From contig JAZSDN010000104.1 of assembly GCA_045531205.1 (NCBI GenBank), forward strand, positions 18,100 to 82,099: a stretch of 64,000 nucleotides of DNA. Direction: 5' to 3'. Position numbers and translations under genes: made by a program. Below are positions 53,137-61,578 of the stretch, piece after piece (position 1 is the first letter of the stretch; every line of letters starts with the position of its first letter). The notes under the pieces are model-generated. The model was not told the origin of the DNA, ran no database searches, and saw nothing but the letters and a program-made list of their open reading frames with translations. The DNA comes from Clostridia bacterium (GTDB lineage Bacteria; Bacillota; Clostridia; UMGS1883; UMGS1540).

Positions 53137-54207
53137 ATGAAAAAAATTCTTAGAGTGTTATTAGCAATGATAATGCTGTTTTCAATGATGTGCACTCTTT
53201 TTGTAAATGCTGACACCACTACCATTGTTGTAACACAAGCCACAATGGGAACAGATGGCAATGTTACTGTACGTGGTAAAGTTACCTCGGGGACACCCGG
53301 TGCAGTAACAATTCTGGTAACGGTGCAGAATGCAGCAAACGGCAAGGAAGCTTTGAGTACAATGGCTGATGGTTCAACAGTAGCCTATGCTGACCAAACA
53401 AGTCCTAATCAAAGTGGTGAATTTGAATTCAAATTCAAACCAAAAGCAGATTTGTCAGGTTCACACACAACAATATATGTATGTGCAACAGGTGTTACGA
53501 TAGAAAACTTGTTTGCCGAAAACCTTACAGGCAATGAGGTTAAAGTAAATTATGGCACTACAACAAAACCATATGAAAGCGTAGACGGCGTTGTAACAAT
53601 ATCCTTACGTCCCGCAGAAAAAGACAGTGTAGCTATCGCAACCGAAACAGGTTACTTTAAGCAGTGGGATATTATGGGTATAAAATCAACTACAGAAGGG
53701 ACACAAAAAGAGGTTACACTTAATAATAACATCAAAGCCGGAATACTTACAGCTAAACCTGAATTTTTTGATGATCCCGCACATACATCTGTTTCAGCGG
53801 CAAAAGCACAGAGTGTTATATTGGCAAACGGAAAAAAAGCAATCCGTTTTCTGGCACTTGTAGGAGAAGATTATGAAAACTATGCAAATGCAGGTTTTGT
53901 ACTTTCAACATTAGGAACAAATCCCACAGTTGAAGCAGGCTACAAAGCACATAAATTCAATAATTTGTATAAAAAGATTATTGCCGAAGGTGCTGAATTA
54001 GATGTTACAGATGAAGCAATTAAAAATACTTTTGAGACCACATTTACACCCGCAGGCATCCTCTATGCAAACCTTGTAATCGAAGAAGGAAATGAAAATA
54101 CAGTGTATTATGCAACACCTTATCTTGAAGATGCAAGACACAACAGAATTTATGGAGCAACAAAGAAAATAAGCTTAAATGAGCTTACACAGTTAGATGC
54201 TCAATAA
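53137..54207 (+). CDS. Hypothetical secreted protein (356 aa), paralog of the 39304 gene
   Basis: A signal peptide and collinear similarity to the 39304 product. It is followed by a terminator hairpin (gtttgcttttaagcaaac + T-run) homologous to the one after the 39304 gene. Confidence 0.7.
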   Translation: MKKILRVLLAMIMLFSMMCTLFVNADTTTIVVTQATMGTDGNVTVRGKVTSGTPGAVTILVTVQNAANGKEALSTMADGSTVAYADQTSPNQSGEFEFKFKPKADLSGSHTTIYVCATGVTIENLFAENLTGNEVKVNYGTTTKPYESVDGVVTISLRPAEKDSVAIATETGYFKQWDIMGIKSTTEGTQKEVTLNNNIKAGILTAKPEFFDDPAHTSVSAAKAQSVILANGKKAIRFLALVGEDYENYANAGFVLSTLGTNPTVEAGYKAHKFNNLYKKIIAEGAELDVTDEAIKNTFETTFTPAGILYANLVIEEGNENTVYYATPYLEDARHNRIYGATKKISLNELTQLDAQ

Positions 54208-54615
54208 AGCTTGAATGAGGATGTAAATAAAAAATATCTAAAATCTTTGATAGAAAAAGTATTATTTATGAAGAATAATTTACGATAAGTTATTTTTCTC
54301 AAAAAATCCAAAAAACAAAAAATAAGTTTGCTTTTAAGCAAACGGATTTTTTGTTTGGCGAAAATCACCCTAAGTCTGCGTGGTTTAAAAAAGGTTAACT
54401 GATGAACAGATAACGAAGTGTAATTTATTCCAAAAAGCAAATTGTTATTGTAATATCGCAGTATAGTACACACAATCTGCCGCTGCAAAAAAACAATCCA
54501 TTTATGGATAGCTTTTTTAAAAACATCTTTAGCATTAGTTGTTAAATCAAAGTTAAGTTTTAAACGCAAAACCATGCAAAACAAAAATAATATCACTTAA
54601 ACGCGATATAATTAC

Positions 54616-54654
54616 TATAAAAAATCAGGCGTAGTGTTTTAACACTACGCCTGA
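54616..54654 (-). terminator. Rho-independent terminator of the minus-strand SLH gene
   Basis: Perfect 12-bp stem tcaggcgtagtg-ttttaa-cactacgcctga. The plus-strand A-run becomes a U-tract on the minus strand. Confidence 0.8.
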
Positions 54655-54675
54655 AATCAAGGTTTCAATTTTTGT

Positions 54676-57600
54676 TTATCTGTATGCTATACACATCATA
54701 AGTGTATACTTGCTGTAATAAGAAACAATCTTATCGCCTACAACAAGCTCTTCGGGAGTAATACGGGTTAATTCTTCTGTTTCAGTATCCCATACTGCAT
54801 AGTAGCCGGTAGCTGAAGGAAGAGCACGAGTTGTTTTGTAGCCTGAAGGTTCACCGGATATGGTATAACTCTTTCCGTAAGTACCTACACCGTCACCCTT
54901 AGCAAGGTTTGTTTCTACAAGAACAGAACCTCCATCAAGTACTTTAACTACATAACCATCTGTAATTGTAAGACCACCTGTATAGAGTTCATCAGGGCTG
55001 GTTATCTGCGGACCATACAAGTTAGTTACGCCCATTTCTACATCGCCGGGGTATTCAGCACGATACATAACAGAACCGGTTTTTAATGTGCCGTCGGTAT
55101 TAAGTTCGTACTGAATGATATCGCCAGGCATAAGGTCTGCAACATCTATAAATATGTCTTTTGCTCTGGAACGTTCGCCTTTAATTTCAGGATCAGTAAC
55201 AGCGGGCTGATACTTTGTTACTTTATCTGATTTGAGCATATACCAGTCGGGGTCGCCGGGGAGGGTTACGATCTGGCCATTTTCTAAAGCTGTACGGCTC
55301 CATAAACGAGCGTTAGCACCTCTGTAGAAAATTCGACTGTTATCTTCATTTATAATAGCGTCAATTTCTTCGCCGGCGTTACTATGGAGTTTTAAAACAT
55401 CTACTATTTCGCCGGTTTCTTCAGAAACAAGTTTCGAGAAGCCAAGAACAAGTGCTGCTCTTGCTTCACCATCGGGTAATTCTAATCCGCTGTCTGAAGT
55501 TGTGGGTAACAAGTCTCTTCTGTTAACAACTGCACCGCAGATGTAATCCATATCCATATCATAGAATACAAGACAAGCTTTTACAGCTACTCTACGGAAT
55601 ACGTCGATACCTCTGAATTCATTCTTAGCATCTAAAACAGCGTAATCCTTTTCTATACTTGCATCGTAAGGAATTATAAAGTAAGGAACACCTGATTCTA
55701 TACGCAAACGGCTGAAAAGAGTGTGGCTTATATATTCAACAGCACGATCACCTAATGCAGCATTTTTACCTTCTTCACTACCTTCAAGTGTACCATTATA
55801 CATTCTGCTGGGGCCATTTCCTTCTGCTGCCTGGAGATTTGAATTACCTCTCATGAAGTAGTCCAAACTGAATTCGCCGCCTGCTTTATCTTCAGCAGGA
55901 GTATCAAGTCTTGATTCATTTACAGCTGTTTCAATTGAAATGAGGTAGCCTTCTTCGTCAACTTCATAAGAAATCAACTGAGGAACTACTACACCATTGT
56001 TGTCTACCAGGGTGGGAGCAGTTTTTGAATCGTACATTCTTTCAATTATTTTGCCGTTCTTCAAAAGGTCTTTGCCTAAAATACGTGTGCCGTTGAATGT
56101 AACATGTTCAGCTGCTGTAAGGAGTAACCATTCCTCGTCTGCTGTAAAGATGTAAATCTGTGCTTTGGGGCTGATACCGGGAGTATAAGCCGCATTCTTA
56201 AGCCAAGCATAATTACGCATTTCTGCTGACAATTCGCCAATAGCTGCAATTGTGCCAAAGTAGTCAAGACGGAAAGCAGCAGGTTTGCCTACGGGAATTT
56301 CAGCAAGATTCATGCTTACATTGTATGTTTCGTCATCAATTACAACAGTACTGTCTGTTTTATCCATTTCTGTAACAGTACCTTCAAGAACTTCGTAGCT
56401 GCTGTAAATTTTGCGAATAGTTGCATTTGATTCGCTATCCTGTGCTACGCTGAGGATATCGCCGGAAAGCAAATCTTCAAGAGCCAGGTCATTACCGTCA
56501 GCATCTTTTAAGATGTTTTTAACATCAGTGCTTTCTAAATCAATTATCATAGAAGAACCGTTTTCAAAGATTACTTTGTTATCTTTTGCGATAACACTCT
56601 TGATTACATAGTTCTTATATTCTTCAACAATTACTGTGTTACATTTTGTTCCGTTGTCAAAAACTAAACGAACTGAACCGCTTTTGGGGGCTAAAAGCGC
56701 TTTATCCATAGCAATAACTCGTCCGTTGTATACGAGTGTAGCACCTGTGATTTCAGCCTTTTTTTCGTCCTTTTCAACTTCATAGAAAAGAGTGTTTGCT
56801 GTTGTTTTACCAGTGTTAACGTCTTTTCCAACGAGGTCTACAACTTTTGAATTATTTGAAGGAATAACAGCAACCAAAACGTTCATTCCAACGGCTTCAT
56901 CTTCCTTATAGTATACATCTGAAGGAATTGCAAAAAGGCTTTCTACATCTACTTTGCCTGCCTTCATTACTTGGTTTTTGCCATTTACAGGAACAACAAC
57001 TTCGTCACTTGATAAGTTTGAAGTTTCTTTTATAGCTGCTGCTGTAGCGGTCTGAACGATTTTAGATTCAATGCGGGTTGCATTTTGGTAACGGGTAAGT
57101 AATGTTACATCTTCATCGAATGTGTATTCGAGGTTATCGTTACCATAGCTTGCACGTTCTGCAAGAGGAGCTTCAAGTGCATTGTAAATCAAAATTGCCA
57201 TATTGCCACGGGTCATTGTAGCATCTGTTGCAACGCCCTTTAACAAATCAAGCTGTGTTGCTTTTACAAGGTATCCTGAAGGATATCCGCCAAGTGCATC
57301 TGCCTGAACACCGTAACCTAAAGCTGCAACTACCATTTTTACTGCCTGCTCGTAAGTAACAGTTGCGTCAGGAGCAAATGTCTGTGCATCAATTCCGTTG
57401 ATGATACCCATCTGATATGCAGCACTTACATAAGAGTAAGCCCAGTGAGTAGAGGGAACATCAGCGAATATGTCCTTGCCAGTGATGCCGTCTGCTAAAT
57501 TGATGGCACGTAAAATTATTGTTGCCATTTCTGCTCTTGTCAAAGAACCATCGGGGTCATAATTGCCCTCGGGTTTACCTTCAACAATTCCAAAAGCAGC

Positions 57601-57726
57601 TAATACTTCTACTGCTGTTTCATAGTTTGTGCCTTCTGTATCCGGGAAGGATGCAGCAAATACGCTTAATTGAGGTAATGTCAAAAGCATAACACAAACC
57701 AAAAACATTGCGAGTCGTCTTTTCAT
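54676..57726 (-). CDS. S-layer-associated protein: signal peptide, 3 N-terminal SLH domains and an ~830-aa region of unknown function
   Basis: The SLH repeats are clear (FPDTEGTNYETAVEVLAAFGIVEG...LTRAEMATIILRAI; FADVPSTHWAYSYVSAAYQMGIING). The remainder has no motif I can assign. Confidence 0.7.
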   Translation of the reverse strand: MKRRLAMFLVCVMLLTLPQLSVFAASFPDTEGTNYETAVEVLAAFGIVEGKPEGNYDPDGSLTRAEMATIILRAINLADGITGKDIFADVPSTHWAYSYVSAAYQMGIINGIDAQTFAPDATVTYEQAVKMVVAALGYGVQADALGGYPSGYLVKATQLDLLKGVATDATMTRGNMAILIYNALEAPLAERASYGNDNLEYTFDEDVTLLTRYQNATRIESKIVQTATAAAIKETSNLSSDEVVVPVNGKNQVMKAGKVDVESLFAIPSDVYYKEDEAVGMNVLVAVIPSNNSKVVDLVGKDVNTGKTTANTLFYEVEKDEKKAEITGATLVYNGRVIAMDKALLAPKSGSVRLVFDNGTKCNTVIVEEYKNYVIKSVIAKDNKVIFENGSSMIIDLESTDVKNILKDADGNDLALEDLLSGDILSVAQDSESNATIRKIYSSYEVLEGTVTEMDKTDSTVVIDDETYNVSMNLAEIPVGKPAAFRLDYFGTIAAIGELSAEMRNYAWLKNAAYTPGISPKAQIYIFTADEEWLLLTAAEHVTFNGTRILGKDLLKNGKIIERMYDSKTAPTLVDNNGVVVPQLISYEVDEEGYLISIETAVNESRLDTPAEDKAGGEFSLDYFMRGNSNLQAAEGNGPSRMYNGTLEGSEEGKNAALGDRAVEYISHTLFSRLRIESGVPYFIIPYDASIEKDYAVLDAKNEFRGIDVFRRVAVKACLVFYDMDMDYICGAVVNRRDLLPTTSDSGLELPDGEARAALVLGFSKLVSEETGEIVDVLKLHSNAGEEIDAIINEDNSRIFYRGANARLWSRTALENGQIVTLPGDPDWYMLKSDKVTKYQPAVTDPEIKGERSRAKDIFIDVADLMPGDIIQYELNTDGTLKTGSVMYRAEYPGDVEMGVTNLYGPQITSPDELYTGGLTITDGYVVKVLDGGSVLVETNLAKGDGVGTYGKSYTISGEPSGYKTTRALPSATGYYAVWDTETEELTRITPEELVVGDKIVSYYSKYTLMMCIAYR

Positions 57727-57910
57727 AAATATCTCTCCTTTTTGTTTTTAGACTCATCAATTTTATACACTATTATTTTACCTCTTAATAATATTATCTG
57801 TCAACCACTCACAACGTAACGCAACATATTTTCCACCATTTTTCTTGTTTTTTCCCCAATATATATTTTTATATTTGGAAGAAAAGGAAATTTCTATAAA
57901 AAAACAAACT

Positions 57911-58801
57911 TTACTTTGTTTTTTGCCTTGCAGGAAGCTGTACTAACACAATGGCTGTAAACATAATTATGCACCCTAAAATTTCCTGCAGATTCATTGT
58001 TTCGTGAAGGAATAATGTACCTGCCAAAACGGCAAAAACCGATTCAAGACTCATAAGAAGAGAAGCGGTTGCGGGTTCTGTATATTTTTGAGCTATTATC
58101 TGCAAGGTATAGCCTACACCGCCCGAAAAAATACCGCAGTAAAGAATTGGCATTGCTGCAGAAATTATTTTTTCCATACTTGGAGCTTCAAATATAAATG
58201 CTGCAATAAAACAAATAATGGCAGTTGTAACAAACTGTATTGCAGATATTTCTATGGGGTTTCCTCTTTGAACAAAATAATCGCAACAGAGAATATGTCC
58301 GCTGAACATTATAGCACAAAGCAAAACAAGAAAATCCCCTTTTGTAAGAACAAAGCCTTCTTTTATGCAAAGAAAATACATTCCTGCAAGACCAAGCAAA
58401 ACAGCAAGCCACACTCTTAAAACATTTTTCTTTCTGAAAAAAACAAGGTTGATTATTGGAACAAAAAGTATGTACATAGCCGTAATAAACCCTGCTTTGC
58501 CTGCACTTGTGTAAACAATACCCATCTGCTGCAAAAGACTTGCCACAGCTAAAAATATACCGCAGCATATACCGCCAAGCAAGGTTTTGTTGGAAGTCTG
58601 GGCAGCTTCTTTTGGTTTATTTGTTTTTCTTAAAATAAGGGCAATACTGCCTACAAAAACTGCCGATAAAGCCATTCTTGAAGCGGCAAAGGTTACAGGC
58701 TCTATTTTGTCCATACCAACCCGCTGTCCAACAAAAGCCATACCCCAGATTAAGGCTGCAAGTATAAGAAGTAAGTTACCCATCATTTTTTTGTTTTTCA
58801 T
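57911..58801 (-). CDS. DMT-superfamily (EamA-like) membrane transporter
   Basis: 296 aa with about 10 transmembrane segments and two EamA-like halves. Confidence 0.7.
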   Translation of the reverse strand: MKNKKMMGNLLLILAALIWGMAFVGQRVGMDKIEPVTFAASRMALSAVFVGSIALILRKTNKPKEAAQTSNKTLLGGICCGIFLAVASLLQQMGIVYTSAGKAGFITAMYILFVPIINLVFFRKKNVLRVWLAVLLGLAGMYFLCIKEGFVLTKGDFLVLLCAIMFSGHILCCDYFVQRGNPIEISAIQFVTTAIICFIAAFIFEAPSMEKIISAAMPILYCGIFSGGVGYTLQIIAQKYTEPATASLLMSLESVFAVLAGTLFLHETMNLQEILGCIIMFTAIVLVQLPARQKTK

Positions 58802-58865
58802 AAGTTTTAAACACCTTTTTCGTTTATTTTTTACGGCACGGATTTATATCCGTGCCGTTTAAAAT

Positions 58866-61166
58866 TTATTTATTTAATTTTTCAAGGTCTTTGTTTCTGA
58901 TTTCAACACGTCTTACTTTACCGCTGATGGTCTTGGGAAGTTCATCAACAAAGTCTACAATTCTTGGGTACTTGTAAGGTGCTGTGTGAGTTTTAACATA
59001 TTCCTGAACTTCTTTTTTAAGCTCGTCTGTGCCTACAGTTCCTTTTGTAAGAACTATTGTAGCCTTTACAATTTGACCACGTACTTCGTCAGGAACAGGA
59101 GTAATAGCACATTCAAGTACGTAAGGAAGCTCCATGATAACGCTTTCGATTTCAAAGGGACCTATGCGGTAACCCGATGACTTGATAACGTCATCAATAC
59201 GTCCAACATACCAAAGATAACCATCTTCGTCCATGGTTGCCTGGTCGCCTGTATGGTAGTAACCGTCATACCACACGTCATTAGTCTTTTCTTCGTCAAG
59301 GTAATATCCTATAAAGAGACCGCAGGGAACGCCATCCTTTGTGCGGATACAGATTTCGCCTGTATCACCTGTTTTACATTCGTTGCCGTCGGGGTCTAAA
59401 ACCACAACATCGTATAAAGGACTTGGTCTGCCCATAGAACCGATTTTTGGTGTTGAACCCACAAAGTTAGCAATTGAAAGGGTTGTTTCGGTCTGTCCAA
59501 AGCCTTCCATAATAGTAAGACCTGTTGCTTTTTTAAACTGATTAAATACTTCAGGGTTTAAAGCCTCGCCTGCAGTTGTTGCATATTCAATGGAAGAAAG
59601 GTCATATTTTGACAAATCTTCTTTGATAAAGAAGCGGTACATTGTAGGCGGAGCACAGAAGGTTGTGATATTATACTTCTTAAAGAGGGGAAGTATATCT
59701 TCTGAATGGAATCTGTCAAAGTCATAAGTAAATACGCCTGCTTCGCAAAGCCACTGACCGTAAAGCTTACCCCATAAAGCTTTGCCCCAACCTGTGTCTG
59801 AGATTGTAAAGTGAAGTCCGTCAGGATTTACATTGTGCCAATGCTTTGCAGTAGGATAGTGACCGAGAGCATATTTATATGAATGAGTTGCAATTCTTGG
59901 ATAGCCTGTTGTGCCTGATGTAAAGAGCATAAGCATCGGGTCGTTACCGCAAGGCGAGCTTTCGGTACGGTAATAATGTGTACTGAAACGTTCCATTTCA
60001 ACGTTAAAATCATTCCAGCCCTCTTTTTTACCGCCAACTAAAATCTTAATCATATCAGGGAAAGCTTTTGCAGCCTTTTCAGCTTCGTCAGAAACTTCTC
60101 CGTCTGCAGTACAAACAATAGCCTTTACTTTAGCTGCTTTATATCTGTATTCAAAATCGTGAGCTACAAGCTGGTTTGTTGCAGGGATTGCAATAGCACC
60201 GATTTTATGAAGTGCAAGCATACAAAACCAGAACTGATAGTGACGCTTTAAAACAAGCATAACTGTATCGCCCTTTTTAATACCGAGTGATTCAAAGTAA
60301 TTAGCAGTTTTTGCAGAATACTTTTTCATATCAGAGAAAGTAAATCTGCGGTCAGATTTATCGTTTGCAACCCACATCATAGCAAGCTTGTCGGGATTTT
60401 TCTCGGCAATTGCATCAACGCAGTCAAATGCAAAGTTGAATTTATCGTCGTTTTTAAACGAAATGCCTGAAAATACACCGTTTTCGTCGTATGATGATTC
60501 AATAAAGTTATCTGCAACAGTTTTTACTGTGCTTTCTTTTACAGCGGTTTTTGCAGCAATAAAGGGAGCTTCGGGATATTCTTCGCTTACCTGTCCGTCT
60601 TGCGGATTTAAAACAACTGCGTGGAATTCACATCCGCCTTCGCTTACTGCAATCATACCGTGGGGGATAATACTGTTATAGAAAATAGAATCGCCTTCGT
60701 GAAGAACATCTATATGATTACCTACCTGAACTTTAAGTGAACCCTTAACAATAACATCAAATTCCTGACCGTTATGTGAGTTAAGCTTAATGGGCGCGTT
60801 CTGCTCTTCTGCAAGATAAGGGAACTTAACCAAAAAAGGTTCAGCAAGCTTTTCTTTAAATTTGGGTGCTAAGTTATTGTAAACAACACCGTGTTTTTTA
60901 ATAATTTTAAGTCCTTCGCCTTTTCTTGTAATAGCAAATGATGTAAGGGTAGAGCTTGTTCCTTCCAGAATATCAACAACTTCAACTCCGCAAGCCTTTG
61001 CACACTTATAAATAAATGTAAAGCTGAAGTCTGTTTCACCCTGTTCTAAAACCATGTAATCTTCTACAGATACACCGCAAAGTTTTGCAAGTTCTTCGGG
61101 TGTAAAGCCTTTTGCCTCGCGCAGGTCTTTGATTCTGCCTGCGACTTCTTTTAAACTGTAATCCAT
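58866..61166 (-). CDS. Fusion protein: XRE-family HTH + cupin domain + AMP-forming medium-chain acyl-CoA synthetase (ANL superfamily)
   Basis: An N-terminal HTH (LKEVAGRIKDLREAKGFTPEELAKLCGVSVEDY). A cupin (DVIVKGSLKVQVGNHIDVLHEGDSIFYNSIIPHGM). An ANL core (LFTSGTTGYPRIA, EGFGQTETT, YHTGDQA, SSGYRIGPFEIESV, PKTISGKVRR) closely resembles ACSM-type ligases. The start at MDYSL has GGAGA 7 nt upstream. In-frame upstream ATGs at 61184 and 61196 lack an RBS. Confidence 0.75.
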   Translation of the reverse strand: MDYSLKEVAGRIKDLREAKGFTPEELAKLCGVSVEDYMVLEQGETDFSFTFIYKCAKACGVEVVDILEGTSSTLTSFAITRKGEGLKIIKKHGVVYNNLAPKFKEKLAEPFLVKFPYLAEEQNAPIKLNSHNGQEFDVIVKGSLKVQVGNHIDVLHEGDSIFYNSIIPHGMIAVSEGGCEFHAVVLNPQDGQVSEEYPEAPFIAAKTAVKESTVKTVADNFIESSYDENGVFSGISFKNDDKFNFAFDCVDAIAEKNPDKLAMMWVANDKSDRRFTFSDMKKYSAKTANYFESLGIKKGDTVMLVLKRHYQFWFCMLALHKIGAIAIPATNQLVAHDFEYRYKAAKVKAIVCTADGEVSDEAEKAAKAFPDMIKILVGGKKEGWNDFNVEMERFSTHYYRTESSPCGNDPMLMLFTSGTTGYPRIATHSYKYALGHYPTAKHWHNVNPDGLHFTISDTGWGKALWGKLYGQWLCEAGVFTYDFDRFHSEDILPLFKKYNITTFCAPPTMYRFFIKEDLSKYDLSSIEYATTAGEALNPEVFNQFKKATGLTIMEGFGQTETTLSIANFVGSTPKIGSMGRPSPLYDVVVLDPDGNECKTGDTGEICIRTKDGVPCGLFIGYYLDEEKTNDVWYDGYYHTGDQATMDEDGYLWYVGRIDDVIKSSGYRIGPFEIESVIMELPYVLECAITPVPDEVRGQIVKATIVLTKGTVGTDELKKEVQEYVKTHTAPYKYPRIVDFVDELPKTISGKVRRVEIRNKDLEKLNK

Positions 61167-61196
61167 TTTTTTGTCTCCTTTCATTTCCGTTGCCAT

Positions 61197-61510
61197 TTAA
61201 GGCTTTACGGCTTTGAATAAAACAAAAAAACTCGTCTCAAAGTTTTTCTTTGAGACGAGTTATAATAACCCGCGGTACCACTCAAATTACGAAAATATAA
61301 ATATTTCCGTCACTCTCCGAGCTCTAACAAGCCCTTTGCCTTTACGCAGCATTACGGAAGGAGTCTACTAGGCATTGCCGTTCGGTCCTCCAACTCAGAA
61401 GTGATAAGTCATTGGAAAGCTCCGCCATTGCCTCGCACCACCCGGCAACTCTCTCAAGGTTTTGCAATCCGACCGTCTTCGTCATAGTTGTTTTTTGTGA
61501 TATTCAAATT
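61197..61510 (-). promoter_or_regulatory. T-box riboswitch-like leader upstream of the HTH-cupin-acyl-CoA synthetase gene
   Basis: The minus strand reads AATTTGAGTGGTACCGCGGG at 61288-61269, matching the T-box consensus AAnnnGGGTGGnACCGCGGG. It is immediately followed by a terminator hairpin at 61261-61230 and U-tract at 61229-61221. An upstream AGAGAG element and a CCGTAA F-box-like element are present, and the leader is about 310 nt. Confidence 0.65.
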
Positions 61511-61517
61511 TGGATAT

Positions 61518-61546
61518 ATTATATTCAAAAAAAAATAAAATGTCAA
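61518..61546 (-). promoter_or_regulatory. Consensus sigma-A promoter on the minus strand (TTGACA-N17-TATAAT) driving the T-box leader
   Basis: The reverse complement of 61541-61546 is TTGACA and that of 61518-61523 is TATAAT, with an exact 17-nt spacer. Confidence 0.7.
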
Positions 61547-61578
61547 TAGTTTTTTAAAAAATTTTTTATTTTCAGGAT

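Noticed and set aside
54201-54596. 131-aa minus-strand ORF in the AT-rich spacer after the 53137 gene
   Set aside because: The product is low-complexity and Lys/Phe/Leu-rich, typical of AT-rich non-coding DNA. There is no RBS, and it spans terminator hairpins.
58832-58862. Hairpin aacggcacggat-ataaa-tccgtgccgtt between the ligase fusion gene and the DMT transporter gene, considered as a terminator
   Set aside because: It is not followed by a U-tract on the minus (coding) strand. It is more likely a processing or stability stem within an operon, so it is not listed as a terminator.
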